Of a stretch of DNA of 64,000 nucleotides, positions 30,021 to 49,365 are shown in pieces. Position 1 is the stretch's first letter. Each line of letters begins with the position of its first letter. Source of the stretch: the human T2T-CHM13v2.0 reference genome, Homo sapiens; NCBI RefSeq assembly GCF_009914755.1, contig NC_060926.1; one strand, written 5' to 3'. The translations under genes and the position numbers were made by a program. A model generated the notes under the pieces. That model ran no database searches and had not been told where the DNA came from. It saw only the letters and a program-made list of their open reading frames with translations.

Positions 30021-30129
30021 TTAGGTAGGAGTAGTATTTAATGCCATATAAAAGCATCTAATGTAGCATTCTCACTTAGGGAACTCAAAAATATCATCAA
30101 TATGGATAAACATAACAGATGAACATAAC

Positions 30130-30374
<245 letters not shown>

Positions 30375-30457
30375 TAATTTTTTCTACATGATTTCTATAT
30401 ATCCTAACTGAATCTGAATTGAACCTCCCTCAAGAGCAATTATAAAAAGCAATTATA

Positions 30458-30938
<481 letters not shown>

Positions 30939-31403
30939 GCAATTATAATAGTAAAATTTATTATGCATTTCAATATTAAAGATAATATATGGTGACATAC
31001 AAAAGAAAGTAATCATAAGAAAAAAACTTTTTAATATATGCAAAAAAACAGAACAAAGTGTATAAGATATGATCTCTTGTTTATATATTTTAACTCAAAC
31101 ATAAACGTGTATGTATAAATTTTACATATATACACAAACTTACATATGCAAAAATATATGTTAGTGTATGCATAAAAACCTTTACTGGCAGTAAACACTG
31201 GCTGAGTAGAACCAGAATCTTCCACCATTCATTTTGTACTTCTTGACTCTATTTACATTTTCTAACCATGCACGTATATTTTTTATGTCAGTAGAGTTAA
31301 CTGAGCAATGAGATTGTAAGTCATTTTATGTTTTCTCCTTTAGACTACTATTTTTTTAAAAAGCTCTAATGAATACAATTTTTAAATCTATTAAAAACAT
31401 GCA

Positions 31404-31679
31404 GCCAGGCATGGTGGCTCATGCCTCTAATCCCAGCACCTTGGGAGGCCAAGGCGGGCGGATCACGAGGTCAAGAGATGGAGACCATTCTGGCCAACAA
31501 GGTCTACTAAAAATACAAAAATTAGCTGGGCATGGTGGCAGGTGCCTGTAATCCCAACTACTCGGGAGGCTGAGGCAGGAGAATCACTTGACCCAGGAGG
31601 CGGAGGATGCAGTGAGCCATGATCCAGCCTGGTGACAGAGCGAGACTCCGTCTCAAAAAAAAAAAAAAAAAAAAAAAAA
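31404..31679 (+). mobile_element. AluS with internal deletions
   Basis: Alu motifs and poly-A. Confidence 0.9.
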
Positions 31680-32199
31680 GCAGAAATTTAAATAATACCT
31701 TAGACATCTATTTTTTAAAAAATACAAAATGTGGTTTATAATAGTGAAAAATGGGGGGAAGCTTAAAAGCTAAATGGTCAAGAACTGATTAAAGCATTAC
31801 AAGGATCTTTACTAGAAAGTCTCAGGTATAGCCTATAAAGTGGAGTAAAAAAATGACAGGGAAATGAGTTCATGACAAGAAAAGCAGTTTAAAACAAGAG
31901 TATTTGTAGCCAAAGATGATTAAGAGTTTTTTTTTTTTTTATTTTTTGAAAATTAAAAAAACATGTAATTTTTTTTTAAAAAAAGAACATTTGATCCACT
32001 TTTTGGAAAAATAATTAAAGTACTGAAAATGGCAAGACAGTTATTAATTCATTCAACAATCAATTACTGAAATCTTTTTGTGTACCAGGTACTGTGCTAT
32101 GCATAGCAGATACAGTCAAGACTAGTTGCTCCAGGCAGAAAACATTATGGAACTACCATGGAAGGGACACAGACTTATATACAAATAATCCGTCAACTA

Positions 32200-34310
32200 T
32201 TTAACCACAGTTTCTACAAATCCAATCACCAAAAATTCTTCCCACCTCTCAATGCTCAATGTCACTCCTCCCATCAAAAATAGCATCCCTAGTTCCCTCT
32301 CCTTGAATTTAGCCTTATGATGCGGTTTGACCAGTAGAATGAGGCATAAGTGATGCTGTGCCAGTTCTAGACTTCGATATTAAGAGGGCTGGAAATTTCT
32401 ACTTTTGCTCAATTGCTATCCTGCTAGAGAGGATTCACCACGTGAAGAGAGAAGTCCTGAAGGGTGAGTGTCAACAGGCAGAGATAGACGAGAACCAAGA
32501 TGAAAACTGATGTGCCTCAAGAAGACAACCAGCACCACGGCCCCAGAGAGGAAGCTAGGGCATCTTGGAGTCTTTAGCCTAAGTCAAACTGCCTCAATTG
32601 GCAGCAGATGAAACAGAGACAAATTATCTCCACTGACCCTACCAAATTTCCAAACTATAGAATCGTAAGTGAAAAAAATACACATTTGTGGGACCTAAAA
32701 ATCAAAGCAACTGAATTCACAGACGTGGAGAGTAGAAGGATGATTACCAGAGGCTGGGAAGAATAGTGGAGGGCTAAAGGGTAGGTGGGGATGGTTAATG
32801 GATACAAAACAAAATGAGTAAGAACTAGTATTTGGTAGCACAACAGGGTGACTATAGTCAATAACTCAATTGTACATTTTTAAGTAACTAAAAGAATATA
32901 ACTGGATTGTCTGGAACACTAAAGATAAATGCTTGAAGTGATTAATATCCCATTCTCCATGATGTGATTATTTTACACTGCATGACCGTATCAAAACTTC
33001 TCATGTACCCCATATATACACCATGCACCCACAAAAATTAAAAAATTTGTTTTCAATTAAAAAAAATGCATACATTGAGGTGATTTGTTATGCTGCAATA
33101 GGTAACTAAGACATTACTTGGGAGGCTGAAGTAAGAAGCTCACTTGAGACCAGGAGGTCAAGATCAGCCTGAGGAATAAAGTAAGCTCCCGTCTCTTAAA
33201 AAAAAAGTTTTTAAAATTAGCCAGATATGGTAGTACATACCTGTAGTGCCACTACTCTGAAAGCTGAGGTAGGAAGATCCCTTGAGCCTAGGAGTTCAAG
33301 GCTACAGTGAGTTATAATTGTGCCACTGCACTCAAGCCTGGGTGACAGAATGAGACCCTGTCTCTTTTTAAAAAAAAAAAAAAAAAAAAGAGGCCAGGCA
33401 CAGTGGTTCATGCCTATAATCCCATTGCTTTGGGAGGCTGAGGTGGGAAGATTGCTTGAGACCAGGAGGCAGAGGCTACAGTGAGCCATGATCATGCCAC
33501 TGCACTCCAGCCTGGGCAACAGAGCTGAGACTCTTTCCCCCAACACCCACTTCTCCAAAAAAAGAGAAACCACACTCAAGGAGCCTCATTCACATCCTAA
33601 CTTGATGGAGATCACAAGATAATAGATTTTGAGCCTAGGGTCATAGCAAGTAAGATTTCTGAACATCCTGGGAGGGCTGGGTGTATATGACATGTTAAAG
33701 AGACATGAATTGTCCACCAGAGGAAGAACTGTAGTAGACTATCAGCAAAGACGGCTGTCAACAGTTTCTCTTATTCCTGTATATACATGCTACTCCTCCC
33801 ATCAAGAGGAGCAATATATTGCTTTTTTCCTTAAATCTTGGCTGACACAGTGATCTTATTTGCTTTGGAAAACACAATTCACTGGAAATGTGCTATGTAG
33901 TTTCCAGCCTAGGACATAATAGGCCTAGAAACTTCTGGTTTTACTCTCTTGATCCAAAAACAGAAGGGGGAAAAAAAAAGAAGAAGTCTAAGCTATTCTT
34001 CTAGAGAGTAGCAAAAAAAAGAAAGAAAAAAAAAGTCCTACTTGAAGAACAAACAGGTCAGCTGGAGAAGAAATGAGGGGTCTCAACAGAGAGCCAGCAC
34101 TAAGGCCCAAGACACAGGAGTGATGCTATCTGAGATACTGTAGCCCCATTTGAGCCACCTAAGTCAGTGTCTTGTGGACCGGAGCAAGGTGTTCTCTGCC
34201 CCAATTCCTGGCCCCCAAATTTTAGGCAATAAACAGCTGTGATTTTAAGTCACAGTTTAAATCTAAGTTTTACTAAGTTACTTTTACTTAGTAAAAGATA
34301 ACTAATATAG
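32200..34310 (+). mobile_element. Two MLT1-like MaLR LTR remnants interrupted by an L1MA 3' end (~32670-33065) and Alus (33115-33570)
   Basis: actcctcccatcaa...ttgaat and tgctgtgccagttc motifs recur at ~32260 and ~33790. Confidence 0.6.
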
Positions 34311-34567
34311 GTAATTTTAAGTAAGAGGTTTTGTTACTTAGTAATAAATAACTGACATAGGTAATGAGTCCAACTAATGCTACAAAGAAAAGACACTAAG
34401 TACTATCTAAGGGTCAATATTAGGGACCCTAATGTAATGTGGCAGTAGTTTATTTGATACTATTTAAAAGGGGGAATTATAAATAGGAATTTGGTTTGCT
34501 GGCTTTTAAGTTTCTATTTTCCTAAATGTTCCACAATATACATGTTTTACTTTTAAAATAACAATAA

Positions 34568-34945
<378 letters not shown>

Positions 34946-36329
34946 TAAGTCTAAATTATATTTTCTCATGACAAAATATGCAAACATCTCAGTGAATAAC
35001 AATATTCAATTGTCTTTTCCGGTTGAAGAAGAGAAAGTTCTGATTACAACAACAATTCAAGAAGTAATATATATGGTTTCACATTTCTGAAGAATTAGGA
35101 TGTATTAAAAACCCTAAAATTATATTGCTTATAATGTAGTATCACACTGATTTTTTGAAAATTCTTCAGATTTATATAATTCCTCATGGTTATCATTGTG
35201 AGCAGAAGCAGACAAAAGATTGAGAAAAGTAAATAATACTTTGAATACAGAATTAGAGTGGAAAACAATCCAAAAAGACTGCGATAATGAACTAAACAAG
35301 AAAAACTAAACAGCAATAATTGAGAAGACATACATATTTAGGGTAAAAAAGAAATAACCACACAAAAGTCTGAGAACAGAAAATAATCCATCTGAATATT
35401 ATGAAAAGGCCTTGGGCTTTGGCTGATCACAAGTACATTTGCCAACAGTAAGCTACATCAACATAAAAAATATAATGTTATCTTAGACTTTATTAGTACA
35501 TTTAATTAATATTTACTGAGAGCGTACAGAGCATCATGTACTTTACTAATATAATGAACAAATCCAGAAGGAATCATCTTACCATACTTAGAACTGCCAA
35601 ACTAAATATGAAATATTAAGTCCATATATAGGAAATGGTTTTAAAAATTAGAGAAACCTACAAAAGAGAAGACCTCCTAATCCAAATGTTTCACTAAAAG
35701 AAGAAAACCCTTGAAATAATTTTTTTATTTTATCAAAATACATAATAACTACTATGTGCTGGACACTGTGCTAGGCGGTGGGGTATACAGTAGAGAACAA
35801 AATAGATATTGTCCCTGTCCTCGTTCGGCTCACAGTACAGTGAGTAGCCCATCACAGGAAGACCTTTAGCAGGTACCACGTAACAGTCTGTCGAGCATAC
35901 CATAAAAGAGATTCATGTACCTTGCACAAGGTTGAAATAAATGACCTCCAACATTAAATACAAGCCTAAAATTTTACGATTAATTATAGCATTGTACCAT
36001 AAAAGAATGTAATTATTATTCTGAGATAAAGAAATGTCTAATGAATAAAATACAAGCAAAGCAAGATATATACATACCCACATACACTCACATACCCATG
36101 GGTTTTTTAATACTTCCACCTAATAAAACCATCATGTCAATTCGTATGTTCAGCCTTCATAGGCAAACTATTCAAAACCAACAATCCACCTTAAGACATT
36201 CTTGTCTCAATTTTTTATCTCACATCTTAATCTCCTTACCCTGATAATTACTAGGATTTACTAGTTTTAAATTACCAAAGAAATTAATGTCTATGATTTC
36301 CTGGGGATTTCTTATATCAATCAATATAC

Positions 36330-36441
36330 CTTTCCATGGCTTTAGCTGTATAAGGCAAATGCATTTCAATACTGTGTTCATCTTCATCTGTCTGCAGAGA
36401 CATGCGTTCAAACATTCCTGTCTTCCACAGTTCTCCGTAAA
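36330..36441 (-). CDS. MEMO1: MEMO1 coding exon (112 nt; [37 protein letters not shown])
   Basis: EHSIEMHLP motif, also visible in ORF 36317..36556. Acceptor TAG, donor GTATAT. Phase 1/2. Confidence 0.97.
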
Positions 36442-37514
36442 CTAAAGAGATTTCAAAATACAGTAAAATAAATATATTAATGTATATCCTTATCCTGTGA
36501 GATTCCACCCAGTAACACAAAACTACATGCTTTTTGGCAAGAGACAGAAACACCATATAATATTCTCATTTTTATTAAAACAAAACAAAACAATAGAAAG
36601 AAAGGAAAGGAAGGAGGGAGAGTAAGGAGAAAGAGAAAAAAACAGAACTAGTTTTTATGTAACAGGTAAAACAGTAATACGTGTAAAGACTTACTCATCA
36701 TTTGTATATGTTACATAGTTATATAAAAAATGATAATTTAAATTCTTCATCAGCTCCTTTCATTATTTCTAAAATCACCTTCGGGTCTAGGCTTTTCCTT
36801 GACTTTAATCAGTACATGCTAGCAAGAACATAATTAGAATTCCTACTGAAATATGGAAAAACCACTAGTCTATTTAACTCATGAGGTCAAAAGCACAGTT
36901 TCTGAGTTTTGTTTTTTAATAAAATGTGTGGTATTATTTCACACCTGAGGTTTCTGCCATACCAAGAAGAGAAAATTCTCACTAATGCTATTTTCCTGAA
37001 AATTCAAAATTAAGCTTGTAGGATGGATCAAAATATAAATTCGCCACAATACCGTCCCAACTTTAAAACACCTAGTAATTCAGGCCTTTCTGATGAACTG
37101 TGCTTAAAATTGAATATTGTGGAACAAGAAAAAGATAAAAGTTAACATGTAAAAAATATGTATAAGAATATTTTTAGCATAGAATAGAACCAATTTTATA
37201 ATTAGATCCTTAAATGGGTTTACCTGTATCAAAGAAAGAAATAAATGGTTGTATGACCTCTTTTCTTGAAAAAATTCTCTATTTCTTCACTGGCAAGCTA
37301 CCCAAAATTAAAATTTTCTGAATGCCCCAACAAGGTTTTAAAAGTAAAATGTGTTCCCTAAAACCCTCTCAGGAAGTAAGGTTAGAAATACTCATTTCAT
37401 TAATAAGACGCATTAACAAATTGCTAATATTGTGTGATACCTAAAGCCTCAAATTATGAAAACTTATGCCAAAAATAAGAAAGAAGAATTTTTTCTTGCA
37501 AATGGACTCTTTTA

Positions 37515-37855
37515 TTATTTTATTTTTATATTTATTTATTTATTTTTGGAGACAGGGCTTCACCCTGTCACCCAGGCCAGGCTGGGTGACAGCATTTTGC
37601 TGGGGACAGCAAAATGATTTCAGCTCACTGAAACCTCTACCTCCGGAGCTCAAGCCATCCTCCTACCTCGCTGCCCCATGCCCTCCCCCAACCTACAGCT
37701 ACGTGCTACCATGCCCAGCAGATTTTTGTATTTTTTTGTACAGATGGGGTTTTGCCACATTGCTCAGACTGGTCTCAAACTCCTGAGCTCAAGCAGTCTG
37801 CCCATCTCAGCCTCTCAAAGTGCTGGGATTTCAGCCATGAACCACCACACTAGGC
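37515..37855 (-). mobile_element. AluJ with internal rearrangement
   Basis: TSD gactcttttatt. Confidence 0.9.
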
Positions 37856-37873
37856 CTTGACTCTTTTATTCTA

Positions 37874-38238
<365 letters not shown>

Positions 38239-38350
38239 TATATATATGTGTGTGTCGGGGTGTGTGTGTGTGTGTTTATATATATACACACATATGGGCG
38301 TGTGTGTACATATATATGCATATGTATACATGCACATGCACACACACATA

Positions 38351-38385
<35 letters not shown>

Positions 38386-38398
38386 ATGCGTGTGTGTG
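38239..38398. repeat. Compound (TA)/(TG)/(CA) microsatellite
   Basis: About 160 bp of alternating purine-pyrimidine sequence. Confidence 0.95.
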
Positions 38399-39203
38399 AA
38401 TAATTTGACTAACTGAAAGGACATATACCCAGATCATGAAGGTGGTTACTTCTGGGAAGGTAAATTGGGTTCAGGATGAGCGAGAAATTCTGAATAAATT
38501 GTGGATGTTAAGTACATCAGTTAATTTCTTATAGTACTCTTTATACTGTTCTATATTTTTAAAATTACTCCCCCCCCCAAAAGAAAAAATACCTTTATAA
38601 AATCAAAAGATTTTTACTTTATACATCTATTGTGTAAGAACTACTAAATAAAAACGTGACTCTGGACGCCTATGGAAAAAAATAAATCAACCAAAATTGT
38701 AGGCATGTTTAAAAATAAAATATATTTATCATTTATATAGCACCTTTCTTTCAGAGTTTCATAATTAAAGGCTCATTTTTTCCCATAAAAATCATTTGAA
38801 AGAAAATAAAGATATTATCAGCATTATCTATTTACAGTGAGAAAAGTGGCGTTACATGGAAGTAAATTAACACGCCCAGAATCTTTATGAAATTGGTATG
38901 GGTACTAATTTTTTGTCTCCTGGTACACTGAGTACATGGCATTTTTCTGAATATTAATGTAACCACTACAATCTGCACACTGGCAGATCTGACAGATTTC
39001 TGTAGCTAGCTAAAAAACACTAGTTGCCTTTTAGGGATATGGAAGAGTTTCTTTTTTTGCTGTTTTATGCAGATTAGTTATAACAATTTTTATTTTAAAT
39101 ATTGAGATATTACTTATGATATTCATAAGTTTTTAAATTAATTTACAAGTCCTGTTAAAAGAACATTAGCTATTTGAAAGCTATAATATTTCTATATACT
39201 TAC

Positions 39204-39316
39204 TCTTTTGGTCAATACGAAGGTCATACAGAGGTGTCCTATATATATCCACACTGGAAAGTGCACATCGAGAGAGGGGCACATGATGAGAAGGCCCAAG
39301 GATGAAAATTCTCCGG
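39204..39316 (-). CDS. MEMO1: MEMO1 coding exon (113 nt; [37 protein letters not shown])
   Basis: Contains the GPSHH motif of the MEMO/AmmeMemoRadiSam family. AG acceptor 39317-39318, donor GTAAGT 39198-39203. Phase 2/1. Confidence 0.97.
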
Positions 39317-39432
39317 CTAGGAGATACACAACAAAAAAACACGTAACAATTGCACTTCTACACAAACCTTATTAAATAAAAGAGAAAAAAGTAATTCTTA
39401 CAAATCACTTGTTTTCCTTCTTAATTACCAAC

Positions 39433-39779
39433 TGTTAATGGCTGAACTGTGTTCCCCTCCAAAATTCACATGTTGAAGAACCAATCCCCAGTAGCACAGA
39501 CTGTAGTGCTATTTAGAGATAAGGTCTTCAAAGAGGCGATTAAGTTCAAATGAGGCCATTAGAGTGGGGACCTCATCCAATGAGTCTGGTGTCCTTATAG
39601 GAAAAAGAGACACCAGAAGTATGCCTGCACAGAGATATGATCATGTCAGAAGGGGCCCAACCCTGACAGAAACTTGATATTGAATTTCAAGCTTCCAGAA
39701 TTGTTAAAAAATAAATTTGTGTTGTTTAAACCACCTAATCTGTGGTATTTTGTTATGACAGCCCTAGCAAACTAATACA
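39433..39779 (+). mobile_element. MLT1A/B solo LTR (MaLR)
   Basis: tg...gctgaactgtgttcccctccaaaattcacatgttgaag...gcaaactaataca. Confidence 0.85.
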
Positions 39780-40879
39780 CCTAATAATGACTTGCTCCTC
39801 AGTTAAGTTCAATTCCTTATTTCTGTCTTTGTTGGATGGCCTTTAAGAGAATCATATTCAATACTTGGAAATACCAGTTATCAATTAATACAGTAAACCA
39901 ACCCACTATGCATAAAATAATCTCTATATTCTCAATGACAAGGATGCAACAGGTATTCAGAAGCTGTATTTTATTAAATGGATTTTATGCATTTAAGCTA
40001 CTAAAATTTCAAAATTCTAACACATTCTAAAATAACCTTCTAAGATCCACCATGATTTTAATAAAAATGCATAATAGCATAAAATTCTAAATATCTATAC
40101 AAAATATCCATTATAAAAAAGCATTCTGATAAAGCTATTTCCATATTTCTTCCATGGTAGGGTGAAAAAGGCATCTTGTTGAAAAGAATTCTATATAATA
40201 AGCTTTCTCTATTCCCATTCAAGTAGAAGTCATTCTCAAAAACAAAGAAACTAGATTATGTGTTATTTGCACTGTAGTCTAAAGAAAAGAACTGAGCTAA
40301 AGTGTAGCTTAAATCTTTACAATCTCTTTATCTTGACATCAAGAGTAATGTTAATTTCCTCTCATTCTGTCAAATACCCAAACCTGCCCTACAATCTGAA
40401 TTCCAAAACTATCAATTTTCTCTGTTCTCCAAAATTCATATGAACCAACCTTCCCACATCACATACAAAACTTACAGACTCATAAAGCCAAAACTATGAG
40501 AAGAAAATATATGATATGCTATGTAGCTAGAAAAGTATTACTGATTGCTCAATTAATGAACAAAAGCTGAGAGATGAGCTAGTTCTTTTCTGTCAAAAAT
40601 TTGCAGGCCAGGGAATGTGTGCTTTAGCAATGTATTTATTCTCATAAAATTCTATTACAGCTAAGAAAATTAACCAATTATTGGTTATATGTTACTTCAT
40701 AAATTGCAGGGAGGAGATAAAGCTGTGGATATTAAGTTGTTCTGCTATGAAAAAAAAAAAAAAAAGAAAGTTGTGGGTAAGTGATTCTCAGTTTAGAGTC
40801 CCAAAACCTCCTTAAGACAGCACATACAGCAAACATTAAGACTTCATCCACAGGCCATTTCTGGTCAGAAACAGATTAT

Positions 40880-41755
40880 CCTTTTCTTTAACTTTTACTT
40901 TAAGTTCAAGGGTACCTGTACGGGTTTGTAATATAGGTAAATTACGTGTTGCCAAGGTTTGGTGTACAGATTATTTGGACACCCAGGTAATAAACCTAGT
41001 ATTCCATAAGTAGTTTTTTTATCCTCATCCTCCTCCCACCTTCTACCCTCCAGTAGGTCTCGGTGTCTGTTGTTCCCTTCCTTACGTCCATATGTACTCA
41101 ATACTTAGCTTCTACTTGTGAGAACATGCAGTATTTGTTTTCTGTTCCTACGGGAGTTTGCTTAGGATAATGGCCTCTAGCTCAATGTTGCTGCAAATGA
41201 TATGATCTCATTCTTTTAAAGAGCTGTGTAATATTACATAGTGTATATATGTACCACATTTTCTTTATCTAGTCTACCACTGATGGGCATTTATGTTGAT
41301 TCCATGTCTTTACTATTGTGAACAGTGCTGCAGTGAACACATGTGTACATATGTCTTTATGGCAGAACAATTTACATTCCTTCAGGTACATACCCAATAA
41401 TGGGACTGCGGGGCCCAGAGTTACTTCTGTTTTAAGTTCTTTGAGAAATCGCCACACTGTTTTCCACAATGATTGAATCAATTTACACTCCTACCAACAA
41501 TGTATAAACATTTATTTTTCTCCACAACCTTGCCAGCATCTGTTAATTTTTGACTTTTCAATAACCGCCACTCTATTATCAGGTGGTATCTCATTGTGGT
41601 TTTGATTTGCATCTCTCTAGTGATTAGTGATTATGAGAATTTTTTCATATGCTTGTTGGCCACGTATGTATCTTCTTTTGAAAAGTGTCTGTTCATGTCC
41701 TTTGCCCTCTTTTTAACTGGATTGTTTCTTGCTCGTTAATTTAAGTTCCTTATAG
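40880..41755 (-). mobile_element. L1PB/L1MA 3' end
   Basis: ORF 41269..41481 is the L1 ORF2 C-terminus, followed by 3'UTR. Confidence 0.9.
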
Positions 41756-43600
41756 ACGACAGAATCTTTCTACCTCTCTTCCTTCAATATGTAATTATTA
41801 GCACTGCTAATCCTCACTTCTTGTCATCACCTCTATCATCAATTCGAGAACCATTTCAAAAAAAAAGTCAAATCTATAGATTTCTAAATGAAGAAAAACT
41901 AAAAGATAGCACTCTGGTCACCTATCTTAATAGCACATAAATAACATGACACTTTTTTTTAAATTAAAGGCTAACGTGGGCTATAGAGAATGGTAACTCA
42001 GAAATGTTTAGGTAGCCTGACTAGGGCCAGGTAGTATATGAACCAAGAATCAAATAATGAGAAAGGGCATTTTTCTGATTGAGGAAAATATGAAAAGACA
42101 GAGAGAAAGGATATTTAACATCAGAGCACTCCTGGAAAATCTGAAACACACAGTCAAAATATGAAGTGATTTTTAAAATAACAATCTAAATTCAAGGCAT
42201 ACATAAATTTCCTAAGTAAGTGTAATAAGGTTCTAACAATAGCCAAAAGATACACTGCTCCAGAAATAAACACCAGAGGTCTGCTGGAAGCCTAATTAAC
42301 TCTTCTGATACCTGACTACTTTCCTTGTTTGCCTTTTTGTCTGCCCCAATCTAGATGAAGGAAAAAGAGCCCCACCAATCTGAATTAACCAATTGTGTAC
42401 TCTACAGATTCTTTCTGGTTTGGTAGAAAACTCGCCAATAGCCAAATCAAGTTCCATATTTGATTAAAAGAAATAATAAGAAAAAAAGGTTTAAGTCCTC
42501 AATATAAAACCCTTAAAAGCAATATATCTAAAAACAAAACCAGAAAAAGCTAAATGTCATTGAAAGGAAAGTAAAATGGGACATTTAAACCAGCCGTAAT
42601 CTCAAAATGGGTCTCCTTGTTAGCTAAATGCTAACAAAAAAAATGAATAGTGTACATTAAAGTTCATGCATTTTCTTTGTTAGAATGCTAGATCCGTAAA
42701 CACCAAGGCCACAGGGATATTTTGAAGAGAAATAAATAATAGAGGCATTAGAAGCAATGCCACTTTCTCTTCCTTTATTTGACTGCAAGGTGCTTTGTCT
42801 TTAAAGGAGTAACTTTTCAATATTAGCACATCATCGGTGATACACAAGTTAAAAAAAAAAAAAAACCTTTAACACGAAAAAATGGGGGGAAGGAGCAAGA
42901 TCAGTAGGCATTCTCTTAGAAATAAATGTACTTCATATATAATAGCTATAATAGAGAATTCACATTTGCAATGATAGTCTGTGCACCCAATGTATAAGCT
43001 GCCTGAGTGTGTACCCTCATGACTGTTTATTCAGCTACTTAGTCCAAATAATGGAACATAAGTAATTTTGTAAACGTGTTTCACAGGAAGTGAAGACATT
43101 TTAACCAAAGAATAAAATGTCATCTGGCCCCAAAAAGCATTCCTTTTTGCTCTCTTTTTCTGTCCTGCAAGGCTTGCTGAAAAATATGTATCAAAATCAA
43201 GTTACTACTACCTAAGGACATCCTGAATTCTGAGTTTTTAGAGTTTTAATAATAGTCAACTACCAATATGGAAAAGAACTAAAATGTATCATTGTTAAAC
43301 TTCCTTAAACAGTCAAAGTGATTTTCTGGAAACATAGATCATATCACTTTCCTTGCTTAAAGCCTTTTATGGCATTTCATGGTCACAGGATAAAATCTAG
43401 AATCCTTAAAATGGGCTCTACACTCTTAAATGCCCTAGCAAATTAGCTATTACTCTTGCCCACCTTGATCATAATACCTGATGTATACTGGTCTTCTTGC
43501 AGTTCCTTGATAACACCAACAACTTTGCCTACTTCAAACTTTTCACCCATGCTATTGTTCCCCATTGCTTGGCTACCCTGGCTTAAAAAATGTGTTCCTC

Positions 43601-43960
<360 letters not shown>

Positions 43961-43981
43961 TCACCCTCTTAAGGTCTACCA

Positions 43982-46290
<2,309 letters not shown>

Positions 46291-46670
46291 AGTTCACTTT
46301 CAGCTTTTTAATTAAATTTTTAGCTTTTAATAAGATATCTATATTCATTATCATATGCTTAATATCTATCTCACCTACCAATTTAGCAGCACAGGGCTAA
46401 AACCATGCCTGTTTTATTAATCACTGTGTCTCTAGCACTACCACAATATCTGGATCATAGCAGTCACTTAATAAACTTTTAAAATAAATATGCTTTAATT
46501 TATTCATCCATTTCTCTTGGAAAACAACACCTGAAAACCTTTGCTACCAATTCTTCATAGAACAGGCAAGTTTGTTTGTAAACAATCTTCATTATCACCT
46601 CAAAAGCTGCCTCTCACACTCCCCATTAAGTTATCAGCCCCCTAATAGTTACTGTGAAAAGAAAAATCTT

Positions 46671-47012
<342 letters not shown>

Positions 47013-48386
47013 CTATTATAAATCAAAGAATCATTCTGTCAGTTTAAGAATCATTAGTCCCCACAACTTGTAATCATTTTTGCACAAATGCTTTTAAATT
47101 TTATATTTTTTACCATAAAAATATATCCATTTCTCATATAAGAAAACACATGCAAACTATTAGCATTCGTTATAATAATTTATTTAACCTCATATAGTAC
47201 ATTCTCTTTTTTCCCAATTTTACACAATGTTATACCCCGCTTTTTTTATTTAGTCAATGCACTATCAGAAACTTAGACTCTTTAAAAAACAATGCTGCTG
47301 TAGAAAACCTAACACATTTAACTTTTTCCATTTTGGGACTTATTAGGATAGAGCTTCCGAACGTGAATTTCTAAGCCAGTAACTATATACATTTTTATGA
47401 CTCTTAATATATATTATCAAATTGCTTTCCTAAAGTATTAACCTGATATAGTCCATTGAAATGCATTTTTTTATAAAAAACTAATTTTGCCATAATCTAG
47501 CCAGTTCTGGATTACAGGAATTACATAGCTGTATTGTTCTTCAAACTGTTCATTTAAATTGGTACCTCACTACTGTTTTTATTTCCATTTTTTTGAAAAA
47601 TAAAACATATTTCCATTTTTATTTTTATTAATTACATTTACTTTTTGTAATTTCAGTTAATATTCTTTGATGATTTAGCCTCTAAGTACTATGATTTTTA
47701 TTATTTTTGATATTATCCTTTGTCTTTTTTTGCAAATATTTTTCCCATTCCGTTCATCGCTTCCACTGGTTACATTATGACATGAGTTATTTTTTCATGT
47801 ATTTAATTATAATTTATCATGTTTTATACTCTTCCCAACAATGTCTCATAAACATTAAGACATATTGTGTTCCAAATTAGCTGTGGCTTGAAATTCCTCT
47901 CCAGATATGTTAATACCCTTATCTAACTAGTATTTACTTTGATGGATGGTGTTAGCAGAGGTTCTAAACCAATTCTTTTTCCAAGCTGCTAGTCAGCATT
48001 CTATCATCAATTTTGGAATAATTTTTACCTGTTATTTGTAATGCCTTTTAAAATCATATTTGTACCCCCCACCCACTTTTAAATTCTGGAAAGTGACAGG
48101 GTATCATTTACATTTTCAAAAGATGATCCTGGCTGAAATATAGAACAAAAATGGATTAATGTGGAAGGTAAGAATAGAAAGTGGTAGTATAGAATTTAAC
48201 CTTTCTCTAAGGATGTTCTTCCTCTACTTTCTCAAAGCACTCTAAAGACACTATAATTCCCAGAGAGTGCCTCTTTCAAGAGAATTCAACTGTGACTGTC
48301 AATTATTAATTTTACACTTAGACCTTAAAATTTATTCATTCAGAATTCAGTTATTATATACTAATTACAAAAAATAATTTGATCGG

Positions 48387-48700
48387 GCTGGGCACAGTGG
48401 CTCATGCCTGTAATCCCAGCACTTTGGGAGGCCGAGGTGGGCGGATCACCCGCAGTCAGGAATTTGAAACCAGCCTGGCCAAAGCCAGGCGAAAGCGTGT
48501 CTCCACTAAAAATACAAAAAATTAACTCAGTGTGGTGGCGTGCACCTGTAGTCCTAGCTACCTGGGAGGATGAGGCAGGAGAACTGACTGAACCTGGGGG
48601 CAGAAGTTGCAGTGAGCCAAGACTGCACCACTGCACTCCAGCATGGGTGACAGAGCCAGACTGTGTCTCAAAAATACTTAATTAATTAATTAGAATAAAA
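48387..48700 (+). mobile_element. AluS
   Basis: TSD aaaataatt(t/c)gatc. Confidence 0.92.
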
Positions 48701-49039
48701 TAATTCGATCACATCAGCCATCATTTGCCTCTCTTTCTACTCATCTTCTTAAATCTTCCTCTTCTTAGTCCTTGGCGCTCTTCCATTTTTTCCTCTTTCC
48801 TTTTGCCTTCTTTCTCACTTTCCATTAACCTATTTAACACATGCTTTCCACTTCTATGAACATAAACTCTATCTATACCCCTCTACAAATTCCTAAACCT
48901 AATTTAACTCTGGGGTGTCCCATCAGCACAGGAGTTTTATCAATAAAACTTCTGCCAAATAGAGGAAGGTTTCAAAAAGAAAAGGCTGTTATATAAACTA
49001 ACTTTTATTATAGCTGGTTTATAGGCCCAAGTCAAATGA

Positions 49040-49365
<326 letters not shown>

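Noticed and set aside
34262-34366. Imperfect repeat ttacttagtaa...ataggtaat twice with small palindromes
   Set aside because: Local AT-rich duplication at an LTR end with no evidence of function.
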